Shown here piece by piece: positions 1-12,266 of a stretch of 64,000 nucleotides of DNA (positions are counted from its first letter, which is position 1; each line of letters starts with the position of its first letter). The notes beneath the pieces are model-generated. The model searched no databases. It was not told the origin of the DNA and saw only the letters and a program-made list of their open reading frames with translations. Source of the DNA: Cirrosporium novae-zelandiae. Its lineage: Eukaryota. The stretch covers positions 1 through 64,000 of the forward strand of contig JAPETS010000030.1 in NCBI GenBank assembly GCA_026023565.1. Direction: 5' to 3'. The position numbers and the translations under genes were made by a program.

Positions 1-1706
1 ACCACACCAAATAAACCAATACATGGATCGGTCAGTAAACGAAAACTAGATATAGGCATCAAATATGACCTAAAAAATGGAGATCAAGATTGGCAAGAGG
101 AGCCCGGAAATGATGAAAATGAGTTGAGCGCAGATTGGTCCAAGATTCTTGTGCCTGGAGAGCTGAAATCTAATCCCCAAGAAGACAATCACAATAGCAC
201 CTGGTTAGATCTTATTCGATATGTGCGAGAAATATTTAAAGCACAGGATACGCGCCGATTTGCCCTTGGTTTTACTTTTTGCGGATCATTACTGCGACTC
301 TGGGAATTCGATCGACTGGGAGGAATCGCATCTCCATCGTTCGATATCCAGAAAGACGGTCTCAAGTTGGTATCTGTCATATTAGGTTATCTGTGGATGG
401 ATGATAAAGAACTGGGATTTGACTCGAGTGTTTCCCGAGAAAACAACACCAAATATCTAGAAATTTCAAAGAGCAACTAAGTGGAACGGTTGTGTCTGGA
501 AATATTGATAATACGCTACGTTGCTGTGGTCGGTCGAGCAACGACCTGCTGGAAAGCTCATCTCAGTAAAAACAAAATGTAGATTCTGGCAGTTAAGGAT
601 TCTTGGCAATACGAGGAACGACCGGAGGAGGGTCTGCTGTTGAAGAAGGCAACTGAACTCGGAGTAACGAATGTGGCACGGTATTATTATCATGAAACTG
701 TGTGCGTGGGAGGTGCTGTTGACGACATCCACTATAATATACGAAAAGGGTTAAAAGAAGAAGACGGGAGGAGTGCCTTCCGACAGCGACGGACGATCAA
801 ATCCGAAACTATTGCGGGATCCATTACGCCTGGAGGCTTAATGACAGAGAGATTCAAGAGCAACAGCAGCAGCAGGAGCAGAAGTATCACCCGAAAACGG
901 TCATCAAGCTCGCTCCAAATATCTATGCCACCGCCCCCAAAACGTTCATGTTCAATCTCTCCGGTCAAACAAGACCGAGCCCGACCGCAACAGAATCGTG
1001 TCCATCGTCGTGTGGTGATGCGTGATATTGGGAAGAGCATCTACTTAGCCAGCTCTCGAGTGGCGACGCTTAGAGGACTACTGGGGGCGATTCGAGGTAA
1101 GTACGTAAAAAATATTTCATGGCTTCACTGATGGGTTTAGGACATGAATCACTGTTGGATGTCCATATTCTTCATCGCGATATATCGGCTGGCAATATTA
1201 TGCTGAATGAGGCAGAGGATGACGGGTTTTTGATTGATCTTGATCTTGCCGTTGAGATCGATCGCAAAGAAGTATCCGGAGCACCCAACAAGACCGGCAC
1301 AAAGATCTTCATGGCGATAGGCGCTCTTGACGGTGAACAGCATAGCTTCCTACATGATCTGGAATCATTTTTCTGGGTCTTATTCTGGATGTGTATCCAC
1401 TGCACCGGCCCGGATGGACAGAACAGGAAAACACGATTCGAAAACTGGAATTATAAGCCGGTCGATGAGCTTGCAAGGGAGAAGGCTGGTCTAGCAACGC
1501 GTGCAAGGCAATTCGCATTAGTAATGGATGAACACATCACAGATTACTGCCAGCCTTTGGTTCCATGGCTTAACAAGCTACATGATGTTGTCTTTCCCAA
1601 CCATCAGATACGTGCGAGTGAAGATCGAAACTTATATTCTGCGATGAAAATTGTCCTTCAGCAGGCTCTAGATGACCCAGAGGTTCAGGCTCAATGGGTT
1701 ACGTGA
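1..1706 (+). pseudogene. Fungal-type protein kinase (FunK1/Pkinase_fungal), 5'-partial, with two in-frame stops
   Basis: Frame 1 is open from base 1 (TTPNKPIHGSVSKRKLDIG). Motifs include LVPGELK, RLWEFDRLGG, VGRATTCWKA, VKDSWQYEERPEEG, HRDISAGNIM, GFLIDLDLA, TGTKIFMAI and HDLESFFWV. In-frame TAA at 478-480 and TAG at 580-582. Intron about 1097-1140 (GTAAGT..CTGAT..TAG). Confidence 0.88.
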
Positions 1707-2289
1707 TCCCGATCAGATGTGATTATACAGTGACTACAATAATCTAGGATCTTTAATTAATTTGGTCAAACATATTGTTCAGCTTCTGACACCGGAGCCC
1801 AGCCAATTTAATATATTCGGGGTTTAATTTTAACTATATAATCGTAGTGGAATGGGCCTTTGATAAGGAAATGATGACGAAGACTAGTAGATTTAGCTTT
1901 CTAGAAATTCTTTGTAAATTTTATACGCCTTTTTTATCGCTTGCCCTCTTGTTGGACTATAGTTTTAGGTGTCAACGGGTACTGTTTTCCTATTCACCTC
2001 GCCTATCCTGCTCTACTTTATAGCTCTTTCAAAGCCTATCGATGCCTCGAAGTTTTCAGCGACTGAAGACGAGCTGACGCATTGAATATTATAATTTTGG
2101 GGGACACTTTACATACCATAGGGAACAGAGCGCCCATGAGGGACCACATCCCCGGTGGAATGTGCTACCGCGTGGTTCTTATCGCCCACGTGGGAGGAAA
2201 ATCCCATGAGGGTTGCAATTCCTTATGGAATCAGGTAGCCTGTGGGATCTGTGGCCCATGGGGGACTAAAATCCCATGAGGGATTCTAT

Positions 2290-3328
2290 AATTATAGGAC
2301 GGGGTCCTAATTGCGATGTCCTCATTAGATAGTAGCTACTAGTTCATGATGGCGATATTTTTACTGATATTTTCCCATTTCCGTTTAGATTTAGTTATAG
2401 TGAAGGCTAAAAATATGCTATCTATACTATTTAGACTTGGCACGGAATATTCCGGAACATCAGTTGCAAGTCCTAAACTCCAAATACCCCATCCCCAACT
2501 CTCTTACCTTCTTCGTCTCCTCGTCCGCAGCCATCACCAATCGCTGCCAGTAAAAACAACAAGCTTTCACCAACCTCCTGTTGAGGATGATCGATCACTG
2601 AAAGGCTTTATAACAGCATTGGTGTATGATGAAGTTGAAGATCAGGTCCTCCTTATTGTCCGCCCATCGAGTCTTGCATTTATGATACGTGGGAGGCGGG
2701 AAAACTGACATTCAGATCGCCTCACTGGTATGAGAGAATAGCCAAAGGTTTCCATCGCTCTCATATCCACACATACATACTACATCATGTAGGAACAGTA
2801 GTGGGTGGATGTTGCTCCATTTCCGTTTAGGTTTAGAAATTAGGGTTAGTTATGGTAAAGGCTAACGGTGGGTGGTGGATTCGAGCGTTGGGGTAATTTT
2901 TTATGAAAGGATGTAGGATTATATCGTCAAGTGCTCTCGATTTCGCTTTCTATGATTCCAATAGTCTGCGATGAGCTGATAAGTCGAATATTCTATTCCT
3001 AGCACACGCCATAAGGAATAAGATGGACATAAGGGTAGAAATTGACCCAAGTCAGAAAATTGACTTGGGGACTCAACTAACCTGAGTCAATTCTCGGACA
3101 TAGGTCAAGAGCTTGACTTATGGCCGAGAATTGACGTATGGAATGGATTGACTTGAGGAATAGGTTGACTTGAGTGATCGCACTCCCAGACGGAATACCA
3201 TCAATTATAAGGGCAGGGTCCTAATTATGATGCCCCATTAGATAATAGCCACCAGTTTATGATGGTGGTATTTTTTTGATGTTGCCCCATTTCCGTTTAG
3301 GTTTAGAAATTAGGGTCAGTTATCGTGA
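2290..3328. repeat. Dispersed direct repeat, two ~120-bp copies and one partial (2290-2410, 2808-2865 partial, 3203-3328)
   Basis: AATTATA.G...GGGTCCTAATT..GATG.CC.CATTAGATA.TAGC.AC.AGTT.ATGATGG is shared by the two long copies. The core CCATTTCCGTTTAG(A/G)TTTAG is in all three. Differences are mostly transitions. Confidence 0.85.
3086..3135. repeat. 24-bp inverted repeat (hairpin, 22/24 matches) within a TTGAC-rich tract
   Basis: GTCAATTCTCGGACATAGGTCAAG - AG - CTTGACTTATGGCCGAGAATTGAC. Confidence 0.85.
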
Positions 3329-3919
3329 AATAAAATTATGCTTTTCTTAAAAGAGTATTTATGTAATTAATGCGGTACTATCTAGTACAGCTAAAACCCT
3401 TTAATTACTTGCTACTAACCGCCGCATCGCTGCATGTACGCCTGATCCCAAATCTTTTACCACTCCTGGCTTATGGCTGAGCTCCCTGCCAGCGAGGTCG
3501 CTACCATCAAGGCTCTTCCTATCAAAAATGGGCTTGAGAAGCGGTGGATGATAATGATTAAGCACAGTACGTTGGGTATGTCAGTGTTACACAAACAGCC
3601 TCATTTCGCTGTCAGCTATGCTAGATGCATAATGAATCCTTCATTAGCCAATCATTTTTAATTGTTGCACAACATCATGCTAGAATGAGTTGTTCTTTAC
3701 CATTTCACGTATCCTAGTTTCTATAGGTGAGACGACTACCAGGAGTTGGATCAGTAGCCGAAAATCCATGCCGAGCTGTTATATAAGACAGATGCTTTCG
3801 GCACTATCTCATGTGAGAACCTAGAAATTTAAGCATCTGATACCTTTCAGCTGTCCTTTCCACATCTATTGCTTAATACATATTATTGCAATATTTTGCT
3901 ATAATCGATCGGCTATAAC

Positions 3920-4597
3920 ATGTCCGAGTCCAAAGAATCATCGAACAATTCAGCCATTTCCTTTTCATCAACCAACCCAATTACCCTTCAAATCGGTCAG
4001 CGGCGTTTTGTCACTACTTGGTCAACGATTACTCCAGAGAGCGGCTTCTTTTCGTCACTACTATCTCGGCGTTGGAATAGTGAGCAAGCAGATGGGTCAT
4101 ATTTCATCGATGCGGATCCTGAACTATTTGAGCACATTCTACGTTACCTTCGACGCGGCGTGCTGCCTGTTTTCTATGACAAGTCAACGGGCTATGACCA
4201 CGCTCTGTATTTTGCTTTACTGAGAGAGGCCAAATATTTTCAAATTACTCGATTGCAGAAATGGATTGAAGACAAAACATACCTTCAATCGGTGAAGGTT
4301 GTGTATTCAGCTGTGGAATTTGAGGGTATCAATGGACTTGATGGATTCACAAGTACAGATGTTGACGTTGAATACCATCCTGTCTGGAAGACTCGAAAGA
4401 TCTATGTCTGCCCGCGCGATATCTTTGTACACAGAGGTAATCCAACCGCTTGTGGAAGATCATGTAGAAAGGCTCAAGGTGATGTGGAAGATCAGTATGT
4501 TGAGGAGGAGGTGTTGAAAACGTTGATAATCCGGAAACAGACTATCTTCAATCAAGAAATATGTGTGGAGGGACCTTATTCATGTGTCGAGGAATAG
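3920..4597 (+). CDS. BTB/POZ (KCTD/T1-type) domain protein with a Cys-containing C-terminal segment
   Basis: ITLQIGQRRFVTTWSTI, YFIDADPELFEHILRYLRRG, LLREAKYFQI, and C-terminal CPRDIFVHRGNPTACGRSC. Single exon, 225 aa. Confidence 0.9.
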   Translation: MSESKESSNNSAISFSSTNPITLQIGQRRFVTTWSTITPESGFFSSLLSRRWNSEQADGSYFIDADPELFEHILRYLRRGVLPVFYDKSTGYDHALYFALLREAKYFQITRLQKWIEDKTYLQSVKVVYSAVEFEGINGLDGFTSTDVDVEYHPVWKTRKIYVCPRDIFVHRGNPTACGRSCRKAQGDVEDQYVEEEVLKTLIIRKQTIFNQEICVEGPYSCVEE

Positions 4598-6004
4598 ATT
4601 AAGCACCAGATTTTTCACATACAAATTCACTAGTTATGTCTTCAACCCGAAAGATGTTATTCCCCTCCTCAAGATAGCAACAATATGTACGTAACTTTAA
4701 CCCTAGCAATAAGAGACCTAAATATGTTGAGACAGTTCAATTATGAACTCTCTCTAGGCGTCGATAGATATAAGCTTCCCGACGCGCATCGTATATATAT
4801 CGTTCCTGGTACTTTACTTTCAGTCTCGCCGTAAATTTTCTGCTAATTTCCCCGACCTGTGGGCAAGCCGATAGCGATGTTCTATTAATTTTTATATCCA
4901 GGATAGCATCCCCCCCCCCCCCCCCCCCCCCCAAAAAAAAGGTACATGTCACTAACGGTCCTTAGGAAGCATGCTGCCGCTGTGAAACCATATCATTTAC
5001 ACCGCTTATCTTTGCGTATGCTTTGGATAAAGGAAAAAAATGAAGAAGCAATCTATTTTTATATGACCCAGTAGCACAATGCTAAAAGGATAATTACATG
5101 AGCAGATGACTTGATGATACCTATGATATCCATGTTTATTCCTTCCTTCCCGTAGTGATTGGCGAGAAATTCCGGTAAGTAAGTAGTGTCAGCTAAGAGG
5201 CAGAGGGAATTCTTAGGGGATCGGATCGAAAAATTGAAACAAGGACAAGGAATATTCAGAAACGTTATGGGAAGCACAGCATTTTAGGGTTCCAATTTTG
5301 GTTAGTGTGCACTTCGCTCTGAATAAAGCTGGCTAATGATGTCAAGCGGTAGTTTTCGAAGTAGAAGAGTAAGCCCGATAACTCAAACAACCTGGAAAAT
5401 CATTATTGATTTCTGTAGTTGAGATTAAATAACGATGCTGTAAGTCGGATGATGCTCCTTGTTCCGGGGACCTAGTTGCAGTATTTCTGGTAGTGGGCCG
5501 ATGCGCATTTCCTCCATTGCTGGACTCTCGGATTGCTGTACTCGGAAATGAATTGGGTAAGGAATAGTTATTTTAAGCGCCGGCAACGATTTGAAATAAT
5601 ACCGCCTATGACATCATATATTTAACCCTATTTGATGATAGGTGAATTGGGTGACAGATAGTGGATGTTAGCGCGCGAAAGCCCTCAGTGTCGACGTGCC
5701 GAAATGGCGTCAAAGGCTCCAACATAACCTTGTAGTCTCGACCACCCATCAATAGATGCCCTCACTTTTTAGCGACCATCATAATTTAACTGCCCTCATC
5801 AATGGCCAGCTGTTTTTATTTCAAAATGTTCGAGCGTAATAATTTTCTAGAAAATTTCTGGTTATTTTTCAAATTTGTGATACTTTTTTCCTCTCAAAAC
5901 TGATTTGTCAAAAACTTCCTTCGTTATTCCGGAAGCAGCCAAATTATATATCCTCCAGAGCAGATAGATACTGGATCTTTTTCTGAGATTGTTCCCTTTA
6001 GACA

Positions 6005-6792
6005 ATGGTTATACCGCGACCATACAATAAGCAGCGTACCGAGTGGAGAAGTAAATGCCGAGTGCAATTATCAAAGCATATTGGTATTATTAGTCAAATC
6101 CTGACAAAGATTCGGATTACTGATAAAAACGAAAAGAAAAGAGATTAGGACTGACCGTGCCGCCGTCCGAGGTACGCCTCATTCCCCGACCCGACGACCC
6201 TTACGCATGGGCTGTTCTCCCCGAAAAGATGTACCTCTTCAAGCAACACATGAGCAAACATTCAATCGGAGCGTATAAAACACTATATCATGAAGTGGGA
6301 GTCTCGTTTGAGGCGGTACCGGCAGACGCCTCGAAGAGCTTTCAAAAACTGGATAGTCAAAACAGTTATCCGGCAGCTTACTCGGAAACAAAAGTAGATT
6401 AATTATGATCGTCCCAATGAAATTTGATCTGACTTTCTTTTGAGCAGATGTGTCTCACTCAACCCCGTATTAGTTTTACGGCGCGAATCCAACAGTTGCA
6501 GGGCGACAATGATCGATTGACCAACGAACTGCAGCAATAGAAAGAGCGAGCTTCAGCAGAGTCGAGATTGAAACAAGTTGCAGAAGTAACTATTAATCAG
6601 ATAACACAAAATACTCAACAACTCCAAAAAGAAGTCCAGAGATATATAGCAGAGAAAAAGTATTTAAAGGATATGCTTTTTCAATGTTCATCAGGAATTG
6701 ATGAGACAATAGCCCAGTTAGGAATTTTGAGGCCCGATCTCCATTCTATAGATCTGCTGGACTGGACCGAGTCAGGCCTGGACATAAAATAA
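6005..6792 (+). pseudogene. Three-exon hypothetical gene with C-terminal coiled coil, convergent with the recombinase; premature TAG
   Basis: ATG at 6005; introns about 6051-6136 and 6394-6448. The spliced frame reads MVIPRPYNKQRTEWRKKRLGLTVPPSEVRLIPRPDDPYAW...IQQLQGDNDRLTNELQQ*KERASAESRLKQVAE. In-frame TAG at 6538-6540. Confidence 0.6.
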
Positions 6793-7166
6793 AATCAAAT
6801 AGATCGAAGATACTTAATAAAAACTATATACATGTGGCGATACTAGCTATGCCCCGTCAGCTGCAGAAGACTTTCGGTTTATATGAAACTATAGTCCCAA
6901 TCTAGATTGATAGGCTTATTGGCCTGACAAGCAACGTGTTTAATGTTATTGAAAAGAGAACTATGTAAAGGTAAAGAAGCAAATTATTAGAGAATAACCA
7001 CATCTAATTTCCGGATGGGTCAATCGGTAATAATTAGCAAGGTGTCTAATATGATATAAATAACTTGAAAGAAAACCGTAAAAACAAAAACGAGAATGTG
7101 ATGGATCCAGCCCCATAAAAATATTTTGGAATGGATTTTGGCCGTGCAACAAACAGCAGTAATTTG

Positions 7167-10100
7167 TTATTTTTTGAATTCCAGCAGTAGGCAGGGGTCA
7201 ATTGGAATCGAGTTCATCGAGATGTCAGTCAGGGGGGATTCAACCATAGAAGGTGATCCGGGGAAGCTCCGGATGTCACTTTCAACGGTGGAACAGGATT
7301 CTGATATTGAAGAGACCATAGTAGGGGTTGGCGTATGTGACAAGGCTGTGGAGTTATCTAGATAATACGGCACAGTCTCAGAAAACCCGCTTTCAGTGCC
7401 GGTGGCTAAAGAGGGTCTGGGACCAGGATTATGCGATTGATCGACAGAGGATGGGCGTGAAGCAGAGCTCATACTTTTTTTGTTCAACATAAGGGCGATC
7501 CTTCGACTCCTTCTCGGTTTTGGCAGTTCCGAATCAGAAGCTGGACTTTCGGATGATGGTTTTTCCCGCCTTTTCCGTTTCCGTGTTCGTGAGACTGAAG
7601 TATGGTCGAAGACCTCTTCCGGGATGGGAGCTGGTGTGGCCTCGTTCTGTTTCGGCTCGGATTTTTGGGTACTCCAACGCTGTCGTAGACCGTGGACATC
7701 ACTGAGATGATAGCGAAACGATTGTTCATCGATGACCTGGCAATCACATCGAGGGTGCGGACAGGAAGCGGGCCATCGAGACTGAATAGTTTCAAGATGG
7801 TGATTCAGATGTTTCCATAAGTCACTACTTCGGGTCCACGATTTCATCCGGGATGCTGCAGGGATATTCTCGTTTCCCAAACAGATGGGACAGTATGCCG
7901 GACGGATGAGGGTGTGGCAATAGGTACTCACTTCACACCGCCGAATAATGGTCGAAGAAAGATGCTCTCGGCAGTGAGCTTCCCATTGGTTTTTTTCGTG
8001 GTACCACTGGAAACACTGAAAGCAGTAGTGCAGCTCACATTCCTGATGACCGTGTACGACAGCAAATTCCCGGCGCCGGCAAGAATGAATATGGCTACTT
8101 CGGCGAGAGCGTGCAATACTACGAATGTCAGTCTGGGGCGGATCTCTGGATTGATGACAATTTTACCGGTCTAATGAAAGGCCACACCCGCTCACCGGAC
8201 AGGCTCCGTGGGCGGGTTGTTCCCCTGGCCGATATATAACATCGAAGTTTCGAACACAGAGGGCGAGCAGATCTTGTATTGATTGTAATTTCTCCTCGGA
8301 AGATAACCTTTGCTCCGAATCTATTGTCATGGCTAGCCGCCTACGTTCTGGCATGAGTAGATAAAGGTCTTCTACGAAATCCGTGTTGACAAAATCATCA
8401 GGAGGACCGGTCGCAAACGACAGCACCTCCCTTTCCAACCGAGTCCGAATCCATTCCTGGCGGTACTTCTTCAGGGCCTCCGGCTCAAGACACGATTGAT
8501 GGACAAGAAGTCGTTTTTTAGCTGTGGAAATGACACACTCATCGGAATTTTTTTCCATCAACTGCTGGAGCTGCCGCTTGAGATCGAGTAGATCCGGATC
8601 CTGTAAGAGAGCCGCTTTTCGTTCGGCAGGCAAATGACAAGGCAAACCGATCTGGCGATACTTGCCGACACTTTGAAGATGCTTGATATGTTCGGTGTTG
8701 GGTACACCATCAACAAAGATTGCCTGTGCATCGACAGATGAGAGATGCGCGATATACTCATTGCCGAAAAGGTTGGGGTCTTTGTGGGTTAAAATTTGTG
8801 ACCGCTCGGATTCCGTTGCAACCTCTATCAAATCCACTAGTTAATAAGATTTCTAGCTAAAAAGACAACAGCAACCGAACTCATTAGGAATAACTATTCT
8901 GAGCTGGAAAAAATCGCACTGACTATTGACCTTATTTGCAAGACCACGACGGAGAGTGTGAATGGTAATATTCTCATAGTATCCAGCGTTACGGACCATA
9001 GCTCGGAATAGACGACAAAAAGTCTCACGGTTCATTGCTTTTGTATCAGAGGCACCATTGGTCATAGTAACATTTCGCAGGATAGGCTGCTCTAAAACAG
9101 ATTCGTTCCATAAGAGATGGATGCTTTGTCCCTTCGGAATCTGAGTCTGCTGCTGTCTCGTCCATAGAGCGGCAGGAGAGTTCAAGCCAAAAAGAGCATC
9201 GTCTGCGAAGGCAAGAGCGAGCAAGTATGGAATAGGGTCGAAGCGGAGTTTGTCGTATTCAGTCATCGCAACTCCGAATCTGAAAAAAAACCCCCCCCCG
9301 GTTGATCAGCGTAAGTTCGATAATAAAAAAGAGAGGCGAAAGGGCTGTACCTAGTATTCTCTGGATCTCGGTTGTTCTTCACCCAACGTTGATCGAGTTG
9401 ATAGATTAACTTTAAATGACCGTCTTCGGTGCGAAAAAGGCGTAATTCAATATCCTAAACAGTAAGACCACTTGCGTTCACCCGTTAGATAGCAATAATA
9501 TACCTTATAGCAGAGTCCTCTCGTTTCCGCCTTCGAAAGGTCAGGAACAAACGCACCAATCCTCGCTCCAGAATAGCAATAGACAAGGAGGGCAAAAGTT
9601 AACTGGATACGATTACGTTCATGAATGAACAAAGGATCGTCCTCAGTCCAAAGGGTAACAAGGATGTTGGTCAAGTCATCATGGGTAAAAAGAAGTTTCT
9701 TCCTTTTCTTGTTTTCAATCATCCGATGTTTTGGTAAAGTATATTTAATCCACTGTGATCCATCGTTTAGCCAGAATTATCGAGCATTGAAAAAAAAGAA
9801 AAATTCTTACGTGATAAACATGGCTGGTAATCTCTTTATCGAACTTGCTCCCGGTGACCCGTGTGAAACCAGCAAAGAATCGTTCGGCGAAGTTCAGGAC
9901 TGAGGAGACCACAGGACGGTCGGAGAGAACCCCATCAGAAGATATTATGTAAAAACGAATGAAGTCTTTGATTTTGACCAGAGAAGGAGTATGCTGTCCT
10001 TTGCCAAGGCAGTTCTCGTCTTTTGTTCCCATCCAGCTAGTATGATCGTTGGTTGGTTGTTCATTCTCAGAAGGAGATTGACGTACTCTTTATAGCTTGA

Positions 10101-10247
10101 CAATGCTCTCTCGTGAAGCTTGATTGATTCATCCGTGTATTGATCCTCAGTCATGTTGTTGTCCTCCTCTTCATGCGCGCCCTCCACGTAGCCGCGAGCT
10201 TTGGCTCGAGCGGCTTTTTCTTCCTGGGTGGCTCGTTTTTTAGGCAT
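7167..10247 (-). CDS. DUF3435-type tyrosine recombinase (Starship captain) with C-terminal Cys/His zinc-finger region; multi-exon
   Basis: Spliced segments: MPKKRATQEEKAARAKARGY; IKDFIRFYI..VLNFAERFFAGF; IHERNRIQLTFALLVYCYSGARIG (catalytic R); DQRWVKNNRDPENT; FDPIPYLLALAFADDAL; TIHTLRRGLANKVN (HxxR); ERSQILTHKDPNLFGNEY (H and catalytic Y). C-terminus has CPVSGC, CPIC..HLNHH and CPHPRC..HLSDVH. Canonical GT-AG introns separate the ORF pieces. Confidence 0.92.
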
Positions 10248-12169
10248 GTCACTAGGATAGGCGATCTAGTAATTTGTATATCAAGGAAAAACAAGGTGGT
10301 GACCAAAAAAAGCCGATAAGCAGATTGTGGTGGTAGCAGTGAAAGAGATGGGAGAAAGTGAGTAAAGAAAGCAGGCGACCGGCTCCATTTTGTAGCAGGC
10401 TGTGCGGATGCACCGTAATTCTTTCTGTCTCATGGTCTCTATCACAAAAGGTATGGGGGGTCGATTTTTGAGGGTCGATTTTGGAGGGTCGGCGTGAGCA
10501 CTGGGGGGTAGTGTGTGAGGGTCATGTAAAAAAGGACGATGGAAAAAGAAGAGGGTGAGGGTCGCGCGAGAGGTCACGTGCACTATCCAACTCACCTTGC
10601 TAGGGCGGCAGTGTCTGGGTGAGGGCTTCGCAGATATATGTTCCGTTTAACTACCTACCTAGGTATTGCCCATGATAAATGATGGTGACAGCCACGGCCG
10701 CATCCACGTACACAACCACAACCTCAGCCATAGTCACAGCCAACTTCTACTCTCCTCCCCTCTACTTCTACCAAGAGAGGGACCTCACCTACCTACACTA
10801 CACTATCCACAAACCAACCCAACACCAACACCATCATCCCCAATTCCAATTTCAATCCCAATTCCATATATATTTTTATTTTCATTCCCATCTCTCAGTT
10901 ATTAGTAGTTATTCAACAAAGAAAGTAAAAATGCTTTTAACATCAATACCTTTAGAAAAAACAATCTTGATTAATTAAATAAATAAAATTTTGGGTTTGT
11001 GTGGAATGTGGAATGCGATTTATGTTATGTGTTATAGACATACCGGATATATCCAATGGCTAATAGCTACTATTATATCATACCCATATCTACACTCATC
11101 CCCCCCTCGATGTCCCTAAACCCCCCCCCTTCAAATTCCAGCTCGCCCCATCCAGCCAACCAGCCAACAAGCAAGCAGTTCTAATGCTCTGATTGAAGAA
11201 GTGAACTACAATACCTAAAATTACCTAACTACCTATAGATAACTTTCCCAACCCCAAGCACCCATAAGCAACTCCTAAAAAAAAAATTAAGAACTTAAGT
11301 GGAAGTGAAACAGATGGGGGAGTGGTCGGTGGGAATGATTGTAATGGGGGAGAGAGGAGAGATGAAGGGAGAGGATCTTTGAGGAGCGTGGGATTTTTGT
11401 GTGTATGTGTACATGTATATGTATCTGTTGTATTTATAAAAAAAAATATAAAAAATGTAAAAACTCAAATATCCCTTCCCTCTCCTCCCTCTTGCCTTCA
11501 ACCCTTCTTGCTTTCAACCATCAACTCCAACCCCCCTCCTCTTTTTTTTTTTTTTTTTTCTTCCTTTCATCTTTTTTATTACCGAAATCCAATAACTTAG
11601 TATAGCTAACTAATTACCCAACCAGAAAAAAAATTTAAAAAAAAAATCTAAAATATTTACAACGTTCAAGATAAGCTAAGCTGTTCGGAAGGGGTATAGA
11701 GATATAGGGGGAGTGAGCGAAGTATCTCCCGTTTTCCTTGACAAAGATGAGAAACCAAACCAAAAGAGAGAAAGAAAGGTGAAAGGTGAATATATATACC
11801 AAATCCACTACTTAAATCACTCTTATTATCACTATCCCCTTCCACTTTTCAAAAAGATTCTATTCTATTCTATTTTATTATATTTTATATGTGATATATA
11901 TGTTATGTGTTATGTCTTCTCTAGGGACATAAGTTGGGATACTTGGGTATTGGGGAAGTAGGGAATTAGGGTTAGTGTAGATGGGGGGATAAGGATGGGG
12001 GATATGAATTGGGGATAGGGATGTGGATGGGGACGTCCATACACAATATACACACGTATAGGTAAATTAGTACCTAGGGTAGGTAGAACCAATAATAATT
12101 ACAACAAGTGCAATAACTACAACAACTACAATAAAGGATGAAAGACGCCATATACCCCCTTTCGCTTCT

Positions 12170-12266
12170 CTTTCCCTTCCCTTTCCCTTCCCTTTCCCTT
12201 CCCTTTCCCTTCCCTTTCCCTTCCCTTTCCCTTCCCTTTCCCTTCCCTTTCCCTTCCCTTTCCCTT
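12170..12266. repeat. Pyrimidine microsatellite built from TTCCC/TTTCCC units
   Basis: Directly visible tandem run inside the 10.7-14.6 kb low-complexity tract. Confidence 0.9.

Larger units (their letters stand above)
1..10650 (-). mobile_element. Putative Starship giant transposon, captain-proximal end; the element continues beyond the left edge and the right boundary is approximate
   Basis: The DUF3435-type tyrosine recombinase is the first gene and is oriented towards accessory-type genes. About 400 bp upstream of its ATG the sequence switches abruptly to microsatellite/low-complexity host DNA. Confidence 0.7.

Noticed and set aside
478..6540. Alternative genetic code (TAA/TAG read as Gln)
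   Set aside because: Conserved genes in the window terminate at TAA or TAG (CHO2, ARC1, ANP1) and have no internal stops.
10590..10700. 5S rDNA or tRNA as the Starship target site
   Set aside because: No recognisable 5S or tRNA sequence at the putative junction.
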